From Candidatus Nanohalarchaeota archaeon (lineage in GTDB: Archaea > EX4484-52 > B79-G9): DNA of 64,000 nt. This document shows positions 1-9,166 of this stretch, piece by piece. The DNA lies in the NCBI GenBank assembly GCA_030634545.1, contig DAOWAN010000001.1, positions 15,010-79,009 on the forward strand, in the 5' to 3' direction. The position numbers and the translations under genes are program-made. The notes below the pieces were generated by a model that saw only the letters and a list, made by a program, of their open reading frames with translations, made no database searches and was not told where the DNA came from. The first letter of the stretch is position 1; every line of letters begins with the position of its first letter.

Positions 1-53
1 AACTGTACTCCAATCAAAAAAACATAAATAACTCCCTTTCCAATAAACACAAT

Positions 54-806
54 ATGATAGACGTACACTGCCACCTTGAACAAAAAGATTACAACCCCGA
101 CAGAGACAAAGTCATCAAAAGATGCCAAAAGAAAATGGACGCAGTAGTCACATCATGCGCCCACCCAGACGACTTCGACCTGACCCTCAACCTAAAAAAA
201 CAATATCCCAACTTCATCTACATCTGCATAGGACTCCATCCGGAATACATAAAAGAACTAAAACCAAAACAAAAAACCACACTAATAGAAAAAATAAAAA
301 CCAACAAAGACTCAATATCCGCAATCGGCGAAATCGGTCTAGACTACTATTGGACAAAAGAAGAAGATTACAGAGAAAAACAAAGACAGATGTTTGAACA
401 ATTCATATCTCTTGCAAAAGAACTGAACAAACCAATAGTGATCCACTCCCGCGACGCGCACGAAGACACACTGGACATCCTTGAAAAAACAGAAGCAAGA
501 CAAGTACTACTCCACCTGTGGGGCGCAAACCAACTGGTCCCAAGAATAATCAAAAACAACTGGAACATATCATTTGGTCCCATCCTTCTTCGCTCAAAAA
601 AGCACAAAAAAATATGTCGTGACATGCCTCTTGAAAAAATCATGCTAGAGACAGACTCCCCATGGTTCGGCGAAAACAGACAGAGAAACGAACCGACAAG
701 CGTCGAAAAAGTGATACTAAGAATTGCAGAAATAAAAAAACTAGACCCAAAAGAAATAGACAAAGCCACAACACAAAACGCAAAAAGCTTTTTCACCATA
801 AAATAA
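54..806 (+). CDS. tatD: TatD-family metal-dependent hydrolase (DNase)
   Basis: 250-aa ORF. It has the N-terminal MIDVHCHLE metal-binding motif, then GEIGLDY, IHSRDA and LETDSPW motifs typical of TatD/YcfH amidohydrolase-fold nucleases. Confidence 0.85.
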   Translation: MIDVHCHLEQKDYNPDRDKVIKRCQKKMDAVVTSCAHPDDFDLTLNLKKQYPNFIYICIGLHPEYIKELKPKQKTTLIEKIKTNKDSISAIGEIGLDYYWTKEEDYREKQRQMFEQFISLAKELNKPIVIHSRDAHEDTLDILEKTEARQVLLHLWGANQLVPRIIKNNWNISFGPILLRSKKHKKICRDMPLEKIMLETDSPWFGENRQRNEPTSVEKVILRIAEIKKLDPKEIDKATTQNAKSFFTIK

Positions 807-940
807 GCAGCCTACTTTCTAAAAACCACAGGATAAGCATACTTCACAATATGCCCTCCCTTCCACAAATCAAAAAACAACCAGTCATAAATACACGCCT
901 CATGCTGCATCACAGACACACCGATTTTATAACACAAAAC

Positions 941-1165
941 TTATTCTTTTTCCTTTCTCTCTATCTTTAATATAACTCCGTCAATCTTCCTGATCTTCAC
1001 CTCAATCTCTTCTTCACCACACATTATTTCTACTTCCCATTTACCTTTCTGTTTTTCATATTCAATCTCTTTAACATCTTTTTCACTCACAGAGATTTCC
1101 AGTGCCCGACATGCTTTCAACGCAATCTCTTCAGCCTGCTCTATTGTCTTAACTTCTTCACCCAT
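941..1165 (-). CDS. small hypothetical protein (74 aa, Glu/Lys-rich)
   Basis: Intact ORF with a GGAGG Shine-Dalgarno-like motif (reverse complement of 1174-1178) 8 nt upstream of the ATG. I recognise no family with confidence. Confidence 0.5.
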   Translation of the reverse strand: MGEEVKTIEQAEEIALKACRALEISVSEKDVKEIEYEKQKGKWEVEIMCGEEEIEVKIRKIDGVILKIERKEKE

Positions 1166-1355
1166 TTAAATCGCCTCCTTTATTAAAAATCAAATAATTC
1201 TCCAAGGAAAGACTCCTTCTTTTTCTTCTTGTAATATTTGCCATCTCCCCATGTTTCTTGTAATGTTTACTGCACTCTTCTGCTCTGTCTGAAGAACCAA
1301 TGGATAATTCAATTATAGTTCACGCCGTTACTAAATATACGAATATAACCCAAAA

Positions 1356-1528
1356 CAAATAGGCGTTAACTATCCGGGCAAACGAAGTTTGCTGGATCCC
1401 AAAAATCACAAAGTGATTTTTAATGATCCTAACAAATCACATTGATTTGTTGGATGCTAAAATTGCATCGCAATTTTAAGCATATGGAAAAGTCATATCA
1501 TCAAAATAGTTATGACTTTTACTATATT
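1356..1528. repeat. mosaic hairpin-array intergenic repeat, copy A
   Basis: Positions 1401-1498 are 98/98 identical to 41595-41692. The 5' end (taactatccggg) and 3' end (atagttatgacttttactatatt) are also shared with copy B. It is built of short palindromes such as aaaatcac-aaa-gtgatttt, aacaaatca-cat-tgatttgtt and aaaattgc-atc-gcaatttt. Confidence 0.85.
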
Positions 1529-1650
1529 TTGTCGAGTTCTCCTTTGTCAAGCCATATCCCTCTGCATTTCGGGCAGAAATCAATTTCCACATTTTTCCTT
1601 TCACTTATTGACATATCTACTATCTCACAATTGGGACATTTCGTATTCCT
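1522..1650 (-). pseudogene. zf-TFIIB-like zinc-ribbon mini-ORF without an in-frame start
   Basis: The minus-strand frame reads RNTKCPNCEIVDMSISERKNVEIDFCPKCRGIWLDKGELDKI*. The CPxC...CPxCxGxWLDxGEL pattern is that of small TFIIB-type zinc ribbons. The only SD-preceded ATG (gaggtga-N11-atg) is out of frame. Its stop codon lies inside repeat copy A. Confidence 0.4.
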
Positions 1651-1734
1651 TCACCTCTTTATTCAAATTCTATTATTATATATGTAAACCCTCGCAATAC
1701 ACACATACAATCAACTTGACAATACCCGATGCAT

Positions 1735-3447
1735 CTAGTGATGCGCATATCTTGGATGTTCATGCCCTGCTTCTTTTCGCAATTTCAAATGCTCGATATG
1801 TGCGACCTTTTCCTTCAGGAATCCACTAAAACTTAATTCATTATCTTCAATCATTGTTGATGCATGACATCCACCCAAAAAATGAGGCATTATTACATAA
1901 GTTGCTCCCTCGTCATAGAGTTTCAAAGCTCCATCAATCTGGTGAGAAACAACAGCAATAATAGCTTCCTTATTAGCTTCTTTTATCTTATTGATTAACA
2001 ACAGGTTCGTATCTAGTGCAGGTATAGTCGAAATGATCATCTTTACTTTCGAAAAATTCAAGTCATCAAGAAGTTCCGTATCATTTACATCCCCATATTT
2101 ACAATCATATCCCTGCTTAGATAGTTTTATGATGACCTTTGGATCATAGTCTATTATGAGAAATTTCTTTTTTATCTTTTTTAGTGACGTCGTAATGTCA
2201 AAACCAATCTCATCGTGCCCGAAAAGAATGATATCATAATTCTCATCTTTATGGTACTTATGTTCATCGATTTTTTCCATTTTTCTCTCAAATAAAGTGA
2301 GATATTTCGATAGATAACCATATAGCTTATTTGAATAAAGTATCATGTATGTAGAGCCTGCAATGGTAATTAAAGCTATAAGGGTTATCAAAGAGATGAT
2401 TTCATTACCCAGATGACCTACTTTAACTCCTAATGCAATCAGTATTAAAGAAAATTCACTGATCTGTGCAACAGTAAGACCTGCTAAAAAGCTGTTTCTC
2501 TTGGTGTAACCCCCTAATCCCATCAATGTCATCACAATCAGAGGATTCCCTATAAGGATGAGCAATGAAAATACAATGCTAGGGACGATATATTGAGAAA
2601 TATTAGTAAAAGTCATCTGGGAACCCAACAAGATAAAAAATAATATAAGGAAAAAATCACGTAAAGGTCTCATCTTAGAACTGATTTCATAATGATATGG
2701 AGTCAATGATAAACTAATTCCTGCAAGTAACGCTCCTGCCTCTATTGAAAAATTCAGGTAGTGAAAAAGAGATGCCATTGCAAAACACCAGCTAATAGAA
2801 AAAAGCAACAAAAATTCCTGTGATTTAGCAACCAGTTTGGTTAAAGGAGGAAAAATGTATAAACTGATGATCGCTAATATTATTAGCAAACCCATAGCAG
2901 TCAATATGGACTCAACAGCCAGCCCGGCTATGTTATTCCCATTATTGATGGAGGATATTAGTGTCAGGACAAATATCGCGATAAAATCCTGTACTATGAG
3001 AAAGCCTATAGAAATTCTCCCGTAAAGTGTTTCAAGATCCCTCTTATCTGACAGGAGTTTCATAATTATGATTGTACTGCTAAAAGAAACAGCAATAGCA
3101 AGATAAATCGAAATGATATTCGAGAAACCTAACAGTCTTCCAATAAAAAATCCAACCAGGGATGTAAAGAAAACCTGACCAATACCGGTAACTAAGGATG
3201 TTTTGCCGAGATCCCCGATTATCCGGGGATTAAGATTCAATCCAACCATGAACAAAAGAAATGCTATTCCAATTTGAGCAAAAGTTGTAAACGTATCAGC
3301 AGATTGAACAACATTAAGAACAACAGGACCTGCAATTATCCCTGCCAGAATATAACCTATTATTAGAGGTTGTTTTAAAAAACGCATTACCCCTGAAACT
3401 ATAACAGTCAGAATTAAAATCGCGCTTAGCTCAATGAATACTTCCAT
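1735..3447 (-). CDS. CPA2-family cation:proton antiporter with C-terminal RCK/TrkA-N domain (Kef-type)
   Basis: 570 aa and polytopic. The N-terminus has the Na+/H+ exchanger-type sequence PLIIGYILAGIIAGP. The C-terminal Rossmann-like segment is YDIILFGHDEIGFDI... Confidence 0.8.
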   Translation of the reverse strand: MEVFIELSAILILTVIVSGVMRFLKQPLIIGYILAGIIAGPVVLNVVQSADTFTTFAQIGIAFLLFMVGLNLNPRIIGDLGKTSLVTGIGQVFFTSLVGFFIGRLLGFSNIISIYLAIAVSFSSTIIIMKLLSDKRDLETLYGRISIGFLIVQDFIAIFVLTLISSINNGNNIAGLAVESILTAMGLLIILAIISLYIFPPLTKLVAKSQEFLLLFSISWCFAMASLFHYLNFSIEAGALLAGISLSLTPYHYEISSKMRPLRDFFLILFFILLGSQMTFTNISQYIVPSIVFSLLILIGNPLIVMTLMGLGGYTKRNSFLAGLTVAQISEFSLILIALGVKVGHLGNEIISLITLIALITIAGSTYMILYSNKLYGYLSKYLTLFERKMEKIDEHKYHKDENYDIILFGHDEIGFDITTSLKKIKKKFLIIDYDPKVIIKLSKQGYDCKYGDVNDTELLDDLNFSKVKMIISTIPALDTNLLLINKIKEANKEAIIAVVSHQIDGALKLYDEGATYVIMPHFLGGCHASTMIEDNELSFSGFLKEKVAHIEHLKLRKEAGHEHPRYAHH

Positions 3448-3483
3448 TAGATATCACTTACATCTGATTAAATATTACTGGGT

Positions 3484-4005
3484 CTAATAATTACGTAATA
3501 AATTAAGTATACTACTTGGCGTTACAACACCCACAACTTTCTTGTTTTTATCTAAAACCGGGACATACTGAAAACCTTCCTCATATACCTGCTCTATTGT
3601 CTGATTAATAGGAGTATCAAGGTTTACTGCAGACTTATGTTTATTTACCAGATCTTTCGCTTTTTTATACAAAAATTCTCTTCTATAGCCAATATTCAAA
3701 ATCTTTGTAAGTGGTTCATATCTTACTTGATGCAAAAACAATTTTATCATGTCATCATTACTGATTTCTCCTACAAATCGCTTCTCTTTTGTAACCACAA
3801 TACAAACGTTTATATGCTCTCTCTTTAGTTTTTTTATTATCTTACCTGCACCATCATCCTGGTAAACAAACACTGCCTTAATCATAGCATCTTTTGCAGT
3901 CAGCTTTCTGATATTTTCAGTTTCAGAAATAGTTCTAACTTCCTCTTCTCTCAGTTTTTTAATTGAATCTGTCAGCTCCATCTGATTTATCCCCACAGCC
4001 AGCAA
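3484..4005 (-). CDS. CBS domain pair protein
   Basis: 173 aa with two CBS-like repeats (TAKDAM...VCIVVTKEKRFVGEISNDDMIKLF and VNLDTPINQTIE...VPVLDKNKKVVGVVTPSSIL). It lies directly downstream of the Kef-type gene. Confidence 0.7.
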   Translation of the reverse strand: MLAVGINQMELTDSIKKLREEEVRTISETENIRKLTAKDAMIKAVFVYQDDGAGKIIKKLKREHINVCIVVTKEKRFVGEISNDDMIKLFLHQVRYEPLTKILNIGYRREFLYKKAKDLVNKHKSAVNLDTPINQTIEQVYEEGFQYVPVLDKNKKVVGVVTPSSILNLLRNY

Positions 4006-4110
4006 TCTATTTTTTCATAAATATCTCTATAAATACTAAAATTTTATAGAGAAGAGCATATTTAAATTAGGAATATAAAATCAGAAAAGATAAGGTAAAA
4101 AGAAGGTAAA

Positions 4111-4509
4111 CTATTTGATGATGGAATTACCCAACTCTGTAAGTATAAGATATTTATGATTTCCCCTTACTTCAAAACTAATGTAATGCAAATCAATTAG
4201 ATTACCTAATCTTTTCTTCAGGGTTGGTTTTGTAATCTTCAATCTGGACCTTAAATCTGTTTGATTAATCAAAACACCTTTACATTCAGACTCTTTAACA
4301 ATTTTTAATATTTTCATTAATTCTTCAGGTATTAATCTGTTTATTTTTTGTTCATAAAAAATAGAGAACAGTCTAGATACAACAATGAATAACATTATAA
4401 AAAGCGATAATTGTAATACCGAATGAATAATAGACGGACCTCTTAACGTATAATCCAGAAATTCATCAAAAATCTCAGTGATAATAAAAATAACAAAAAT
4501 CAGGTACAA
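4111..4509 (-). CDS. membrane-anchored winged-helix-like protein
   Basis: 132 aa. Two N-terminal hydrophobic helices are followed by an HTH-like segment (ITKPTLKKRLGNLIDLHYISFEVRGNHKYLILTELG). Confidence 0.45.
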   Translation of the reverse strand: MYLIFVIFIITEIFDEFLDYTLRGPSIIHSVLQLSLFIMLFIVVSRLFSIFYEQKINRLIPEELMKILKIVKESECKGVLINQTDLRSRLKITKPTLKKRLGNLIDLHYISFEVRGNHKYLILTELGNSIIK

Positions 4510-4702
4510 TAAATTGCGCTCATAACCTTCTTTGAATATAATTTATATCTCCTCTTCATATTATCATTTAGAAATTGTTAACCCATTCTTTACACTGTAA
4601 ACCCCACAATCATATATATCTATCTAACCTAAGCAACCAAAACATCTTGATTTTTGACAATACAAAGAAATAGCCAATCAATACAATAATTTAAATTCAC
4701 AA

Positions 4703-5254
4703 TTATCCGGCAAATTCAAGACTCAGTGTCTCATTATCTAGGTTTTTTTCATACAGGTTCAGGTTTTGCGGAGTCTGGATTATTTTAAAATAGAGTTTAT
4801 CTTCAGTATATGCGCGAACTTCACAGGAATTATCAAATTTAAGGATATCTATATTATCCATACAATCTATACCTGGCAAAAGTATGTTTATTTTCAGTTT
4901 TCCCGGCAACTTTGTGATATCTGCTTTAGGCTCAATAGTCTCTTTGGGTATTGGTCTTTTATTAGCAGCCGTCATATCTGGTGCCTGTCTTGTTGACTGC
5001 GCCACAGGTCTCTTGCCGGATGTCATTCTCACTGTGATTCCCTGACGATTTGCGCCCCCGTTTTGTTTGATACTTCCCGCAAGGACCTTAAACAATTTTC
5101 TCATCAGTTGTCTCTCAATACCAGACACTATTTTATCAACAACATCCTTCATTCCATATGAATACATGCTTTTTTTAACCGTCACTTCACCGCAGAACGG
5201 GCAGTACTTCCATTCCTTATTTCCAATATCCTTTTCGCAGGATTTACATTTCAT
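4703..5254 (-). CDS. zinc-ribbon protein with C-terminal HSP20/alpha-crystallin-like domain
   Basis: The N-terminus is CxxC...CPFC (MKCKSCEKDIGNKEWKYCPFCG). The C-terminal ~75 aa (KINILLPGIDCMDNIDILKFDNSCEVRA...LSLEF) resemble the small-HSP beta-sandwich pattern. Confidence 0.45.
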   Translation of the reverse strand: MKCKSCEKDIGNKEWKYCPFCGEVTVKKSMYSYGMKDVVDKIVSGIERQLMRKLFKVLAGSIKQNGGANRQGITVRMTSGKRPVAQSTRQAPDMTAANKRPIPKETIEPKADITKLPGKLKINILLPGIDCMDNIDILKFDNSCEVRAYTEDKLYFKIIQTPQNLNLYEKNLDNETLSLEFAG

Positions 5255-5273
5255 CTGTACATTACCTTCAGTA

Positions 5274-5555
5274 TCATTTGAGATTGAGCTTCTTCAGAAT
5301 TTCAACAGGTTCATTAGGTTCTATTTTAAATCCCTTTGATGTGAGTGACAATATCATCCAAAACACATCAGAGATACATTTTAGTGACGCTACAGCATTT
5401 ACTTTTTTCCCCTGGAATATCAGGGTATCTCCATCATAATCCATTATTATCTGATGGAATTCCTTAGGATTCAACTTAAGTTGCTGGGATTCTGTCCCTG
5501 TGATAGTAAGACTCATCTCTTCAGGGGGCTTAACTTTTATTGTATATTCCGGCAT
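5274..5555 (-). CDS. hypothetical protein (93 aa)
   Basis: Intact ORF co-directional with and 20 nt upstream of the zinc-ribbon/HSP20-like gene. No motif recognised. Confidence 0.35.
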   Translation of the reverse strand: MPEYTIKVKPPEEMSLTITGTESQQLKLNPKEFHQIIMDYDGDTLIFQGKKVNAVASLKCISDVFWMILSLTSKGFKIEPNEPVEILKKLNLK

Positions 5556-5697
5556 TCTAACACCTCGACTGCTTTTTGTATGATTTTTGGCAATATCTGT
5601 ACTTTACACCTATGATAGAGATTATATCATTTGTTATTTATATGGGTTATGGTTATAAAAATTTAAGTGTTCAGAAATATATCTTTTTTGTGAGCAT

Positions 5698-7767
5698 ATG
5701 CGCGAAATTAAAATTCTTGGAGATTCACCGACAATCAAAGACAATCTTGATTTTGATAATTATGCCGATATTTTAATGAGTGCAATAGATAATTTTGATT
5801 CTGAAAGTTCTTTGACCATAGGCATCCATGGCGGGTGGGGATTCGGAAAAACAAGTCTGATGAGAATGCTTGAAAAGAGACTAGAAGATAATGGAACTGC
5901 TACAACTATCTGGTTCAATGCGTGGACATACGGTAAAGAAGAACCAGTTGGACTAGCATTGTTACGGTGCATATTGACAAGGTTCCAAGATGATAGGGGA
6001 CTAAAGGAAAAAAGCAAGAATCTATTTGAAAATATTGGCAAATTTGGTATTGAGGCATTCTTAAGAAAAACCACAACGATTAGTTATGATAAAGCAAAAG
6101 AACTTCTCGAGGGCAGCATTGACATGAAGAAGTCGCTGCGGGAAGATTTTGAGAGCCTTATAGGTAAATGTTTCTCAGATAGACGTTTGGTTATTTTTGT
6201 TGATGATCTAGACAGATGTCTGCCAGAAAATGTAATAGCGATTCTTGAGGTAATAAAACTATATTTAGATGTGCCTAGATGTATATTTGTTCTCGGTGTG
6301 GATCAGGATGTGGTTGAGCAGGCGATTGAAACAAGATACAAACCAGATGAGAAATATGATAAGAAGGCATTAATCTGCGGAAAAGATTATGTCAATAAGA
6401 TAATCCAGATTCCATTCGTTCTTCCACCAATCAGAGTGGATGACATGGCAACATTTATTGAAAATCTGAATATTGATGAAAATGAAAAGAAATACACAAA
6501 AACAGTTGCAAAAGGCACAGGATGTAATCCGAGAAAGGTAAAAATGTTTTTGAATATACTCCGATTAAGGACTGCAATTGTAGAAAAAATGGGCGGGAAA
6601 ATCAGACCGGAATTATCTGCAAAACTTCTGGTTATTGAACACGCGTTTCCGGAGTTCTATGAAGATATCAAGAAATATCTGAAGCAGGATCTCATTTTTA
6701 AACTGGAAAAACATATTAGAAGGAAACCAAAGGCAACTGATGAAGAATTGAAAGAACTACTCAAGTCAGAAACATTCAAGAAGCATTATAATGACGAAGA
6801 TTTGGAGAATTTACTTAATGATAAACCATTTTTCGAAAAGACAAATCTTGAGCCTTATATTCATCTTTGTGGCAGTAAAATACCTGAAAAAACAGATATC
6901 TCAGACTATGTATCAGACAAATCCTTATTTGATGATTTATATAGCAGTAACGAATTGAAGAGGTTGAAAGCGGCAGAAGTAATTAAAAATGGTTCTGATT
7001 CAGATAAAAATAGGTATTTAAACATTTTTTTATCGAAATTAAAAGATGATGATACAAATGTGCGAGAAACTGCGGCATTCGTTCTCGGAGAGATTGGTGA
7101 TATCAGAGCAATTGATTTATTGATTGTGACATTAAATGATAACGTTTCAAGTGTACGTGAGCATTCTGCAATTGCTCTTGGAAAACTACGTGATAGTAGA
7201 GCAGTTAATCCACTAATATTAAAATTAAAAGATCACGTACCTATTGTACGAGCTGCTGCTGCACGTGCCTTAGGTACACTGTGTGATTACAAGGCACCTG
7301 AGTCGTTGATTGAAGCACTAAATGATGAGGATTTCGAAGTACGTGAAGATACTATATCTTCTCTTGGAGAAATAGGTGATCCTAGAACTGTTGAACCATT
7401 GATTGCAAAACTAAAAATACCTCATGCTGATATTTCTTCTCTTGCTTTAGCGCTAGGTCAGATTCGTGATCCAAGAGCAGTAAAGCCATTGATAGCGGCG
7501 TTAGATGATGCTGATGAAGCACAGCGTTATTTTATTGTGATGGCTCTTGGTTCAATCGGTGATTCTAGAGCCGTCGACCCTTTGATAAAGGCATTGAAGG
7601 ATAATGATGCTGATGTGCGCCAGAATGCTATATTTGCTCTTGGGTCTATAGGGAATTCAAAAGCACTTGGACCATTAAATGAATCATTAAATGATGAAAA
7701 TGTCATTACGCGCACAACCACTGAAGAGGCAATCAGAAAAATAAAAGCGAAACAAAAACAAAGATAA
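5698..7767 (+). CDS. KAP-family P-loop NTPase fused to C-terminal HEAT (PBS-lyase-type) repeats
   Basis: The KAP-type N-terminus is DNLDFDNYADIL...IGIHGGWGFGKTSLMRML...FNAWTY, with Walker B LVIFVDDLDRC. From about nt 7060 there are 7-8 repeats of about 31 aa of the form VRxxAAxALGxIGDxRAVxPLIxxLxD. Confidence 0.75.
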   Translation: MREIKILGDSPTIKDNLDFDNYADILMSAIDNFDSESSLTIGIHGGWGFGKTSLMRMLEKRLEDNGTATTIWFNAWTYGKEEPVGLALLRCILTRFQDDRGLKEKSKNLFENIGKFGIEAFLRKTTTISYDKAKELLEGSIDMKKSLREDFESLIGKCFSDRRLVIFVDDLDRCLPENVIAILEVIKLYLDVPRCIFVLGVDQDVVEQAIETRYKPDEKYDKKALICGKDYVNKIIQIPFVLPPIRVDDMATFIENLNIDENEKKYTKTVAKGTGCNPRKVKMFLNILRLRTAIVEKMGGKIRPELSAKLLVIEHAFPEFYEDIKKYLKQDLIFKLEKHIRRKPKATDEELKELLKSETFKKHYNDEDLENLLNDKPFFEKTNLEPYIHLCGSKIPEKTDISDYVSDKSLFDDLYSSNELKRLKAAEVIKNGSDSDKNRYLNIFLSKLKDDDTNVRETAAFVLGEIGDIRAIDLLIVTLNDNVSSVREHSAIALGKLRDSRAVNPLILKLKDHVPIVRAAAARALGTLCDYKAPESLIEALNDEDFEVREDTISSLGEIGDPRTVEPLIAKLKIPHADISSLALALGQIRDPRAVKPLIAALDDADEAQRYFIVMALGSIGDSRAVDPLIKALKDNDADVRQNAIFALGSIGNSKALGPLNESLNDENVITRTTTEEAIRKIKAKQKQR

Positions 7768-7801
7768 ACCACGCCATTTTCTGACTTTCACAGTTGACTT
7801 T

Positions 7802-8965
7802 TCAGAAATACTCTTTCATCTTATCAAAAAAACCCTTACCGACAGTAGCACTTTGCCTTGACTCCACTGCATATTCTTCCATAAGCTGCCTCTGCTTTTT
7901 ATTCAGTGTCTTAGGTATTTCAACAACAACTTTCACAAGCTGGTCGCCTTTGCCCCTGCCATGAACATCAGGCATGCCCTGACCACTCAGCTTAAACACA
8001 GTATGACTCTGCGTACCAGAAGGAATCTTCAGCTTCGCCTTACCTCTAATCGTCGGAATCTCTATCTCATCGCCAAGTACTGCCTGTCCAATCCCTATTG
8101 TTGTCTTACAATAGAGATCATTTTCATAGCGCTCTAATATATCATGAGGCTTGACATGAATAACAATATAGAGGTCTCCACTCGGAGCACCGTTCATACC
8201 TGCTTCACCTTCACCTGCCATTCTCAGGTGGGAATCATTATCAACTCCGGCAGGTATCTCAACATCAATTGTCCTTGTCTTTTTGATTCTTCCATTCCCA
8301 CTGCATTCAGAACATGGAGTTTTTATTATTGTACCTTTACCCTTACACTTGCCGCACATACCAACTGTGACAATCTGACCGAGAAAAGAGCGCCTGACTT
8401 GCCTGACCTGTCCGCTCCCATTGCACTTGTCACATGTTTCTTTAGCTGTACCATCTTTTGCACCAGTACCCTTGCATACGCCGCATTTTTCAAACCGGGG
8501 AACCTGTATCTTCTTGGCAACACCACTATGAGCTTCTTCAAGTGTGATTGTGATATCATACCTCAAATCCGCACCAGGTGCAGAGCTCCTTCTCGTCTCT
8601 TCGCCTCTCATACCAGAAAATGCACTGAATATATCATCAAAACCACTGCCGCTGAATATATCTTCAAAAGACGAGAATCCACCGCCACCGCCACCGCCAA
8701 AACCGCGAAAACCCTGGAAACCACCACCCCCCTGACCCTGCTGAAATGCAGCATGACCAAACTGATCGTACTGGGCTTTTTTTTGCTGATTGCCAAGCAC
8801 TTCAAATGCTTCATTGAGCTCCTTGAACTTCGCCTCTGCGCCCTTATCATCCGGATTGACATCAGGATGATACTTCCTCGCAAGCTTCCTGTAAGCGCGC
8901 TTTATTTCATCAGCAGATGCACTCTTGTCCACACCGACGATATTGTAGTAGTCTTTTTTCGTCAT
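7802..8965 (-). CDS. dnaJ: chaperone DnaJ (Hsp40)
   Basis: It has a J domain with the HPD motif (KYHPDVN), a Gly/Phe-rich linker, and four CxxCxGxG zinc-finger repeats. Confidence 0.95.
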   Translation of the reverse strand: MTKKDYYNIVGVDKSASADEIKRAYRKLARKYHPDVNPDDKGAEAKFKELNEAFEVLGNQQKKAQYDQFGHAAFQQGQGGGGFQGFRGFGGGGGGGFSSFEDIFSGSGFDDIFSAFSGMRGEETRRSSAPGADLRYDITITLEEAHSGVAKKIQVPRFEKCGVCKGTGAKDGTAKETCDKCNGSGQVRQVRRSFLGQIVTVGMCGKCKGKGTIIKTPCSECSGNGRIKKTRTIDVEIPAGVDNDSHLRMAGEGEAGMNGAPSGDLYIVIHVKPHDILERYENDLYCKTTIGIGQAVLGDEIEIPTIRGKAKLKIPSGTQSHTVFKLSGQGMPDVHGRGKGDQLVKVVVEIPKTLNKKQRQLMEEYAVESRQSATVGKGFFDKMKEYF

Positions 8966-9166
8966 TTATTTCACAGAATAAAATTGTATATTTTAGTTAA
9001 TAAATAAGTTTATGATAATAATAAAATAAAAAATCATGAAAATTACGGTTCAATGTGAGTATTCTCAAGCTTTTCGATTGTCGAAGCATACTTTATAACA
9101 ATAAAAAAGAGAAAGGCATTTGTTTATTCTTCGATTAAGCCCAACACTCCTTAATTAAACTCCTCT

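Noticed and set aside
1442-1829. Plus-strand ORFs 1442..1687 and 1512..1829, and ORFs 46173..46355 (+) and 46194..46391 (-), lie over the repeat elements.
   Set aside because: They run through palindromic repeat DNA and the zinc-ribbon or Kef gene antisense. They have no start context, and their translations are hydrophobic low-complexity strings.
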